Below, piece by piece: positions 50,252 to 64,000 of a DNA stretch of 64,000 bases. The notes beneath the pieces were generated by a model that was not told the DNA's origin, did no database searches, and saw only the letters and a program-made list of their open reading frames with translations. The number at the start of each line of letters is the position of its first letter. Within the stretch, counting starts at the first letter, position 1. The DNA is from Escherichia phage T4. The position numbers and the translations under genes were made by a program. The DNA is taken from sequence record OL964745.1; one strand, 5' to 3'.

Positions 50252-51711
50252 CAGATATTGTACTGAATGACTTACCATTCGTTGACGGCCCTCCTGCAGA
50301 GGGCCAGAGCCGCATTTCCTGGATTAAAAACGGCGAAGAAATATTAGGAGCTGACACACAGTATGGAAGTGAAGGCTCAATGAATAGACCTACGGTTTCT
50401 GTACTAAGAAATGTTGAAGTTCTTGATAAAAACATTGGAATACTTAAAACATCTTTAGAAACCGCAAATAGTGATATTAAAACAATTCAGGGCATCTTAG
50501 ATGTATCTGGTGATATTGAAGCTTTGGCCCAAATAGGTATCAATAAAAAGGATATTTCTGACCTCAAAACGCTAACCAGTGAACACACAGAAATATTAAA
50601 TGGAACTAATAATACGGTTGACAGTATTCTTGCCGATATTGGTCCATTTAACGCCGAGGCCAACTCTGTATACAGAACGATCAGAAATGATTTACTGTGG
50701 ATAAAGCGTGAACTTGGACAATACACTGGTCAAGATATTAATGGTCTTCCTGTTGTAGGAAATCCTAGTAGTGGAATGAAGCATCGCATTATTAATAATA
50801 CTGATGTCATCACTTCGCAGGGAATACGTTTAAGCAAATTAGAAACAAAATTTATTGAATCTGATGTAGGTTCTTTGACCATTGAAGTTGGTAATCTTCG
50901 TGAAGAGCTTGGACCGAAACCACCATCATTTTCACAGAACGTTTATAGTCGTTTAAATGAAATTGACACTAAACAGACAACAGTTGAGTCTGACATTAGT
51001 GCTATTAAGACCTCAATAGGATATCCAGGAAATAATTCGATTATCACGAGTGTTAATACAAACACTGATAATATTGCATCTATTAATTTAGAGCTAAATC
51101 AAAGTGGAGGTATTAAACAGCGTTTAACCGTTATTGAAACTTCCATTGGTTCAGATGATATTCCTTCGAGTATTAAAGGTCAAATCAAAGATAATACAAC
51201 TTCAATCGAATCTCTAAATGGAATCGTCGGTGAAAACACTTCATCTGGCTTAAGAGCGAATGTTTCATGGTTAAACCAAATTGTTGGAACTGATTCTAGC
51301 GGTGGACAACCTTCTCCTCCTGGGTCTCTTTTAAACCGAGTTTCTACAATTGAAACTTCTGTTTCAGGCTTGAATAACGATGTTCAAAACCTACAAGTAG
51401 AGATTGGTAATAACAGCACAGGAATTAAAGGGCAAGTTGTAGCGTTAAATACTTTAGTAAATGGAACTAATCCAAACGGTTCAACTGTTGAAGAGCGCGG
51501 ATTAACCAATTCAATAAAAGCTAACGAAACTAACATTGCATCAGTTACACAAGAAGTGAATACAGCTAAAGGCAATATATCTTCTTTACAAGGTGATGTT
51601 CAAGCTCTCCAAGAAGCCGGTTATATTCCTGAAGCTCCAAGAGATGGGCAAGCTTACGTTCGTAAAGATGGCGAATGGGTATTGCTTTCTACCTTTTTAT
51701 CACCAGCATAA
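50248..51711 (+). CDS. wac: Fibritin (whisker) Wac
   Basis: 487-aa ORF, coiled-coil heptad segments, C-terminal foldon-like [27 protein letters not shown]. Confidence 0.9.
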   Translation: MTDIVLNDLPFVDGPPAEGQSRISWIKNGEEILGADTQYGSEGSMNRPTVSVLRNVEVLDKNIGILKTSLETANSDIKTIQGILDVSGDIEALAQIGINKKDISDLKTLTSEHTEILNGTNNTVDSILADIGPFNAEANSVYRTIRNDLLWIKRELGQYTGQDINGLPVVGNPSSGMKHRIINNTDVITSQGIRLSKLETKFIESDVGSLTIEVGNLREELGPKPPSFSQNVYSRLNEIDTKQTTVESDISAIKTSIGYPGNNSIITSVNTNTDNIASINLELNQSGGIKQRLTVIETSIGSDDIPSSIKGQIKDNTTSIESLNGIVGENTSSGLRANVSWLNQIVGTDSSGGQPSPPGSLLNRVSTIETSVSGLNNDVQNLQVEIGNNSTGIKGQVVALNTLVNGTNPNGSTVEERGLTNSIKANETNIASVTQEVNTAKGNISSLQGDVQALQEAGYIPEAPRDGQAYVRKDGEWVLLSTFLSPA

Positions 51712-51714
51712 CAT

Positions 51715-51730
51715 GGGGCCGCAAGGCCCC
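51715..51730 (+). other. GNRA-tetraloop RNA hairpin between wac and gene 13
   Basis: GGGGCC-GCAA-GGCCCC; not followed by a U-run. Confidence 0.4.
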
Positions 51731-51742
51731 AAAGGATTTTAA

Positions 51743-53444
<1,702 letters not shown>

Positions 53445-53485
53445 TAAATATTATAAACTAATTAAAGCCCGGATTAGGAGAAGTC

Positions 53486-56626
<3,141 letters not shown>

Positions 56627-56654
56627 TATTAAAGCATATTAAAGAGGATTAAAA

Positions 56655-58634
56655 ATGACTTTATTATCTCCGGGCATTGAGCTCAAAGAAACTACGGTTC
56701 AAAGCACCGTAGTTAATAACTCTACTGGTACAGCAGCTTTGGCCGGTAAATTCCAGTGGGGTCCTGCTTTTCAGATTAAACAGGTTACAAATGAAGTAGA
56801 TTTAGTTAATACTTTTGGTCAACCAACCGCTGAAACTGCTGACTATTTTATGTCTGCGATGAATTTCTTGCAGTACGGAAATGACTTACGAGTAGTTCGT
56901 GCTGTTGATAGAGATACCGCTAAAAACTCATCGCCAATTGCTGGTAATATTGAATACACAATTTCTACCCCAGGTAGTAGCTATGCGGTTGGAGATAAAA
57001 TCACGGTCAAATATGTTTCAGATGATATTGAAACTGAAGGTAAAATTACTGAAGTAGACGCAGATGGAAAAATTAAGAAAATTAATATTCCTACTGCAAA
57101 AATTATCGCTAAAGCGAAAGAAGTCGGTGAATATCCAACACTAGGTTCTAACTGGACTGCGGAAATTTCTTCATCTTCCTCTGGTTTAGCTGCAGTAATA
57201 ACTCTTGGAAAAATTATTACTGATTCTGGTATTTTATTAGCTGAAATTGAAAATGCTGAAGCTGCTATGACAGCGGTTGACTTTCAAGCAAATCTTAAAA
57301 AATATGGAATTCCAGGAGTAGTAGCGCTTTATCCAGGCGAATTAGGCGATAAAATTGAAATTGAAATCGTATCTAAAGCTGACTATGCAAAAGGAGCTTC
57401 TGCATTACTCCCAATTTATCCAGGTGGTGGTACTCGTGCATCTACTGCTAAAGCAGTGTTTGGATATGGACCGCAAACTGATTCACAGTACGCTATTATA
57501 GTTCGTCGTAATGATGCTATTGTTCAAAGCGTTGTTCTTTCAACTAAGCGTGGTGAAAAAGATATTTACGATAGTAACATCTATATCGATGACTTTTTCG
57601 CAAAAGGTGGTTCAGAATATATTTTTGCAACTGCACAAAACTGGCCAGAAGGCTTCTCTGGAATTTTAACTCTGTCTGGTGGATTATCATCAAATGCTGA
57701 AGTAACAGCAGGAGATTTGATGGAAGCTTGGGACTTCTTTGCTGACCGTGAATCTGTTGACGTTCAACTGTTTATTGCAGGTTCTTGTGCCGGTGAATCT
57801 TTAGAAACAGCATCTACTGTCCAAAAACACGTCGTTTCAATTGGGGATGCTCGCCAAAATTGCTTAGTATTGTGCTCTCCTCCGCGTGAAACTGTAGTTG
57901 GAATTCCTGTAACCCGTGCTGTTGATAACTTAGTCAATTGGAGAACTGCGGCAGGTTCATACACTGATAATAACTTTAATATCAGTTCAACCTATGCAGC
58001 AATTGATGGTAACTATAAGTATCAGTATGACAAATATAATGATGTGAATCGTTGGGTTCCATTAGCAGCTGATATTGCTGGTTTATGCGCAAGAACTGAT
58101 AACGTATCTCAGACTTGGATGTCTCCAGCTGGTTATAATCGTGGTCAGATTCTTAACGTTATTAAACTTGCTATTGAAACTCGCCAGGCTCAGCGCGACC
58201 GTTTATACCAAGAAGCTATCAACCCGGTAACCGGTACAGGTGGTGATGGTTACGTATTGTATGGTGATAAAACAGCTACTTCTGTTCCTTCTCCATTTGA
58301 TCGTATTAACGTTCGTCGTCTGTTTAATATGTTGAAAACGAATATCGGACGTAGTTCAAAATATCGTTTGTTCGAATTAAACAACGCGTTTACTCGTTCA
58401 TCATTCCGCACAGAAACTGCCCAGTACTTACAGGGAATTAAAGCTCTCGGTGGAATTTATGAATATCGTGTAGTTTGCGATACAACAAATAACACTCCGT
58501 CAGTAATTGATAGAAATGAGTTTGTTGCAACATTCTACATCCAACCGGCTAGAAGCATTAACTACATTACCTTAAACTTCGTAGCAACTGCTACTGGTGC
58601 AGATTTCGATGAGTTAACTGGTCTTGCTGGTTAA
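56655..58634 (+). CDS. 18: Tail sheath protein gp18
   Basis: 659-aa ORF. Confidence 0.95.
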   Translation: MTLLSPGIELKETTVQSTVVNNSTGTAALAGKFQWGPAFQIKQVTNEVDLVNTFGQPTAETADYFMSAMNFLQYGNDLRVVRAVDRDTAKNSSPIAGNIEYTISTPGSSYAVGDKITVKYVSDDIETEGKITEVDADGKIKKINIPTAKIIAKAKEVGEYPTLGSNWTAEISSSSSGLAAVITLGKIITDSGILLAEIENAEAAMTAVDFQANLKKYGIPGVVALYPGELGDKIEIEIVSKADYAKGASALLPIYPGGGTRASTAKAVFGYGPQTDSQYAIIVRRNDAIVQSVVLSTKRGEKDIYDSNIYIDDFFAKGGSEYIFATAQNWPEGFSGILTLSGGLSSNAEVTAGDLMEAWDFFADRESVDVQLFIAGSCAGESLETASTVQKHVVSIGDARQNCLVLCSPPRETVVGIPVTRAVDNLVNWRTAAGSYTDNNFNISSTYAAIDGNYKYQYDKYNDVNRWVPLAADIAGLCARTDNVSQTWMSPAGYNRGQILNVIKLAIETRQAQRDRLYQEAINPVTGTGGDGYVLYGDKTATSVPSPFDRINVRRLFNMLKTNIGRSSKYRLFELNNAFTRSSFRTETAQYLQGIKALGGIYEYRVVCDTTNNTPSVIDRNEFVATFYIQPARSINYITLNFVATATGADFDELTGLAG

Positions 58635-58650
58635 TACGGTGCATTCTAAA

Positions 58651-58668
58651 GGCCTGTTTCGGCAGGCC
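58651..58668 (+). terminator. UUCG-tetraloop hairpin after gene 18
   Basis: GGCCTGT-TTCG-GCAGGCC; no strong U-run. Confidence 0.4.
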
Positions 58669-58669
58669 A

Positions 58670-58736
58670 TATAAATACACTATATCCTTAATTCTTTAAT
58701 TCTATATGCCCTAGGTTAAACATAGGGATATAAATA
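58670..58736 (+). promoter_or_regulatory. Two tandem late promoters upstream of gene 19
   Basis: TATAAATA at 58670-58677 and 58729-58736. Confidence 0.55.
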
Positions 58737-58750
58737 CTACAGAGGCTAAT

Positions 58751-59242
58751 ATGTTTGTAGATGATGTAACACGAGCGTTTGAATCTGGTGATTTTGCTCG
58801 ACCTAACTTATTCCAAGTAGAAATTTCTTATCTTGGACAAAATTTTACGTTCCAATGTAAAGCTACTGCTCTACCAGCTGGTATTGTAGAAAAAATTCCA
58901 GTCGGATTTATGAACCGTAAAATTAACGTAGCAGGCGATCGTACATTCGATGACTGGACTGTTACAGTAATGAACGATGAAGCTCATGATGCTCGTCAGA
59001 AGTTCGTTGATTGGCAAAGCATTGCTGCGGGGCAAGGAAACGAAATTACTGGTGGAAAACCTGCAGAGTATAAAAAGAGCGCTATCGTTCGTCAATATGC
59101 TCGTGACGCTAAAACAGTAACAAAAGAAATTGAAATTAAAGGTCTGTGGCCTACTAACGTGGGTGAACTTCAATTAGATTGGGATTCAAACAATGAAATC
59201 CAAACTTTTGAAGTAACTCTTGCTCTCGATTATTGGGAATAA
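58751..59242 (+). CDS. 19: Tail tube protein gp19
   Basis: 163-aa ORF. Confidence 0.95.
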   Translation: MFVDDVTRAFESGDFARPNLFQVEISYLGQNFTFQCKATALPAGIVEKIPVGFMNRKINVAGDRTFDDWTVTVMNDEAHDARQKFVDWQSIAAGQGNEITGGKPAEYKKSAIVRQYARDAKTVTKEIEIKGLWPTNVGELQLDWDSNNEIQTFEVTLALDYWE

Positions 59243-59249
59243 AATGAAT

Positions 59250-60899
<1,650 letters not shown>

Positions 60900-60900
<1 letters not shown>

Positions 60901-61142
60901 TGGAAGGTTTAATTGAAGCTATTAAATCAAACGACCTCGTAGCCGCTCGTAAATTATTTGCTGAAGCCATGGCTGCAAGAACGATTGATTTAATTAAAGA
61001 AGAAAAAATCGCTATCGCTCGCAATTTCTTAATCGAAGGTGAAGAACCTGAAGACGAGGATGAAGATGAAGATGACGAAGATAGTGATGATAAAGACGAC
61101 AAAAAAGACGAAGACTCTGACGAAGACGAGGATGATGAATAA
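60900..61142 (+). CDS. 67: Prohead core protein gp67
   Basis: 80-aa ORF with Asp/Glu-rich C-terminal tail; ATGA overlaps both sides. Confidence 0.85.
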
Positions 61143-61567
61143 TGCTTCTGATCCCTGAAACTCATGAATTAGTTCTCGAGAATGTCGAAGCACTTATTCC
61201 TGAAGCACAGGGTCGCTTTGACGAATTGTCTTCTGCTTTAAATAAAGACGATATAAATACAATTGTCGAGAATATGCTTGATGATGAAACTGATTTAGCG
61301 GTTGCATTAGCTTCTATTAATGAAAATATGCCGTTAAATGAATTCATCGTTAAACATGTTTCTGCCCGTGGTGAAATTACTCGCACTAAAGACCGCAAAA
61401 CGCGTGAACGAAATGCATTTCAAACCACTGGGCTGTCTAAAGCAAAACGTAGACAAATTGCTCGTAAAGCTACCAAAACGAAGATTGCCAATCCAGCAGG
61501 TCAATCTCGTGCTCAGCGTAAGCGTAAAAAAGCTCTTAAACGCCGTAAAGCATTAGGATTAAGCTAA
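61142..61567 (+). CDS. 68: Prohead core protein gp68
   Basis: 141-aa ORF with basic C-terminus. Confidence 0.85.
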
Positions 61568-62205
61568 TGAATGAACCCCAATTACTAATTGAAACTTGGG
61601 GTCAACCTGGCGAAATTATTGATGGCGTACCAATGCTTGAATCTCATGATGGAAAAGACTTAGGTTTAAAACCGGGTTTATACATCGAAGGAATATTCAT
61701 GCAAGCGGAAGTCGTCAATAGAAATAAACGTCTTTATCCAAAACGTATATTAGAAAAAGCGGTAAAAGACTATATTAATGAGCAAGTTTTAACTAAACAA
61801 GCTCTCGGAGAATTAAATCATCCTCCACGCGCTAATGTTGACCCGATGCAAGCCGCTATCATTATAGAAGATATGTGGTGGAAAGGAAATGACGTATACG
61901 GACGAGCTCGTGTTATTGAAGGTGACCATGGTCCTGGAGATAAATTAGCAGCTAATATTCGTGCCGGATGGATTCCAGGAGTTTCTTCTCGTGGATTAGG
62001 TTCATTGACTGACACAAATAAAGGTTATCGTATCGTAAACGAAGGATTCAAATTAACTGTAGGTGTTGATGCAGTATGGGGTCCAAGTGCTCCAGATGCA
62101 TGGGTAACTCCTAAGGAAATTACCGAATCACAGACGGCGGAAGCCGATACAAGTGCCGATGACGCCTATATGGCTCTCGCAGAGGCCATGAAAAAAGCGT
62201 TATAA
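61567..62205 (+). CDS. 21: Prohead core protease gp21
   Basis: 212-aa ORF. Confidence 0.9.
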   Translation: MNEPQLLIETWGQPGEIIDGVPMLESHDGKDLGLKPGLYIEGIFMQAEVVNRNKRLYPKRILEKAVKDYINEQVLTKQALGELNHPPRANVDPMQAAIIIEDMWWKGNDVYGRARVIEGDHGPGDKLAANIRAGWIPGVSSRGLGSLTDTNKGYRIVNEGFKLTVGVDAVWGPSAPDAWVTPKEITESQTAEADTSADDAYMALAEAMKKAL

Positions 62206-62234
62206 TATTATTATCTAAACAACAGGACTACAAA

Positions 62235-63044
62235 ATGCTTAAAGAACAACTGATTGCCGAAGCGCAGAAAATTGATGCTTCCGTTGCTCTTGATAGTATT
62301 TTCGAATCAGTTAATATTTCTCCGGAAGCAAAAGAAACTTTCGGCACTGTATTCGAAGCTACCGTCAAGCAGCACGCCGTTAAATTAGCTGAATCTCATA
62401 TCGCTAAAATTGCTGAAAAAGCAGAAGAAGAAGTAGAAAAAAATAAAGAAGAAGCCGAAGAAAAAGCTGAGAAGAAAATCGCTGAGCAAGCTTCTAAATT
62501 CATTGACCATCTTGCAAAAGAATGGCTCGCTGAAAATAAATTAGCAGTTGATAAAGGCATCAAAGCCGAACTGTTTGAATCCATGCTTGGTGGATTAAAA
62601 GAGCTCTTTGTTGAACACAACGTTGTTGTTCCAGAAGAATCAGTTGATGTTGTAGCTGAAATGGAAGAAGAGCTGCAAGAACATAAAGAAGAATCAGCTC
62701 GTCTGTTCGAAGAACTCAATATGCGCGACGCATATATCAATTATGTGCAGCGTGAAGTGGCATTGAGCGAAAGTACTAAAGATCTGACTGAGTCTCAAAA
62801 AGAAAAAGTCTCTGCTCTGGTCGAAGGTATGGATTATTCAGATGCATTCTCAAGTAAATTGAGTGCAATCGTAGAAATGGTGAAGAAATCTAATAAAGAT
62901 GAAAGCACTATTACTGAGAGTATAAATACTCCTGATACTGAAGCAGCCGGACTGAATTTCGTCACTGAAGCTGTAGAAGATAAAGCTGCACAGGGTGCAG
63001 AAGATATTGTAAGTGTATATGCGAAAGTCGCATCTCGTTTCTAA
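62235..63044 (+). CDS. 22: Prohead core scaffold protein gp22
   Basis: 269-aa acidic coiled-coil ORF. Confidence 0.9.
   Translation: MLKEQLIAEAQKIDASVALDSIFESVNISPEAKETFGTVFEATVKQHAVKLAESHIAKIAEKAEEEVEKNKEEAEEKAEKKIAEQASKFIDHLAKEWLAENKLAVDKGIKAELFESMLGGLKELFVEHNVVVPEESVDVVAEMEEELQEHKEESARLFEELNMRDAYINYVQREVALSESTKDLTESQKEKVSALVEGMDYSDAFSSKLSAIVEMVKKSNKDESTITESINTPDTEAAGLNFVTEAVEDKAAQGAEDIVSVYAKVASRF
62921..62928 (+). promoter_or_regulatory. Late promoter for gene 23, inside the 3' end of gene 22
   Basis: TATAAATA at 62921-62928 within the gene 22 coding sequence (GAGTATAAATACTCCTGATACTG). Confidence 0.55.
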
Positions 63045-63062
63045 TTTTAAAGGTTAACACAA

Positions 63063-64000
63063 ATGACTATCAAAACTAAAGCTGAACTTTTGAACAAATG
63101 GAAGCCATTACTGGAAGGTGAAGGTTTACCGGAAATTGCTAATAGCAAACAAGCGATTATCGCTAAAATCTTTGAAAACCAGGAAAAAGATTTCCAGACA
63201 GCTCCGGAATATAAAGACGAAAAAATTGCTCAGGCATTCGGTTCTTTCTTAACAGAAGCTGAAATCGGTGGTGACCACGGTTACAATGCTACCAACATCG
63301 CTGCAGGTCAGACTTCTGGCGCAGTAACTCAGATTGGCCCAGCTGTTATGGGTATGGTACGTCGTGCTATTCCTAACCTGATTGCTTTCGATATTTGTGG
63401 TGTTCAGCCGATGAACAGCCCGACTGGCCAGGTATTCGCACTGCGCGCAGTATATGGTAAAGACCCAGTGGCTGCCGGTGCTAAAGAAGCATTCCACCCA
63501 ATGTATGGTCCAGATGCAATGTTCTCTGGTCAGGGTGCTGCTAAGAAATTCCCAGCTCTGGCTGCTAGCACACAAACCACAGTAGGTGATATCTATACTC
63601 ACTTCTTCCAGGAAACTGGTACTGTATATCTGCAAGCTTCTGTTCAAGTAACAATCGATGCTGGTGCGACTGATGCTGCTAAATTAGATGCTGAAATTAA
63701 GAAACAAATGGAAGCTGGTGCACTGGTAGAAATCGCTGAAGGTATGGCTACTTCTATCGCTGAACTCCAGGAAGGTTTCAATGGTTCTACCGATAACCCA
63801 TGGAATGAAATGGGCTTCCGTATCGATAAGCAAGTTATCGAAGCTAAATCTCGTCAGCTGAAAGCTGCTTACTCTATTGAATTAGCACAAGACCTCCGCG
63901 CTGTTCACGGTATGGATGCTGATGCTGAACTGTCTGGTATTCTGGCTACAGAAATTATGCTGGAAATCAACCGTGAAGTTGTTGATTGGATTAACTACTC
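63063..64000 (+). CDS. 23: Major capsid protein gp23, N-terminal 312 codons; runs off the window end
   Basis: Open frame from ATG 63063 (MTIKTKAELLNKWKPLLEGEGLPEIANSKQAIIAKIFENQ...) to window end; absent from the ORF track because it has no stop in the window. Confidence 0.9.
   Translation, partial: MTIKTKAELLNKWKPLLEGEGLPEIANSKQAIIAKIFENQEKDFQTAPEYKDEKIAQAFGSFLTEAEIGGDHGYNATNIAAGQTSGAVTQIGPAVMGMVRRAIPNLIAFDICGVQPMNSPTGQVFALRAVYGKDPVAAGAKEAFHPMYGPDAMFSGQGAAKKFPALAASTQTTVGDIYTHFFQETGTVYLQASVQVTIDAGATDAAKLDAEIKKQMEAGALVEIAEGMATSIAELQEGFNGSTDNPWNEMGFRIDKQVIEAKSRQLKAAYSIELAQDLRAVHGMDADAELSGILATEIMLEINREVVDWINY

Noticed and set aside
51715-51730. Rho-independent terminator between wac and gene 13
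   Set aside because: The GGGGCC-GCAA-GGCCCC hairpin is strong but is followed by AAAGGATTTTAAATG (the gene 13 ribosome-binding site), not a U-run, so it was annotated as an RNA structural element.

Overview
The window is a contiguous block of a T4-type (Tevenvirinae) myovirus genome. Positions 1-35466 are minus-strand early/middle and accessory genes: gp46/gp47 recombination nuclease, alpha-glucosyltransferase, gp55, the nrdH/nrdG/nrdD/nrdC cluster, endonuclease VII, rI, tk, regB, denV, ipI-III, lysozyme e, eight tRNAs in two subclusters, gp57A/B, dNMP kinase, gp3/2/4. Positions 35514-64000 are plus-strand late morphogenesis genes with T4-exact ORF lengths, gp53 through the start of gp23. Protein identities and lengths are recalled from memory of T4, not searched. 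The main observations are: (1) the anaerobic RNR locus looks truncated, with nrdD exon 1, a group I intron core and an I-TevII-like ORF running straight into the 3' two-thirds of nrdG; (2) several accessory genes (two GIY-YIG seg-like genes, an HNH gene, a Nudix gene, a macro-like ORF, a zinc-ribbon ORF) are split across reading frames while every essential gene is intact, so these are either real pseudogenes or small-indel sequence errors; (3) dense regulatory architecture of early promoters, TATAAATA late promoters and UUCG-tetraloop hairpins. No CRISPR array, integrase or transposon was seen. I could not identify a clearly novel system; the largest uncharacterised block is the nrdC-to-rI interval.
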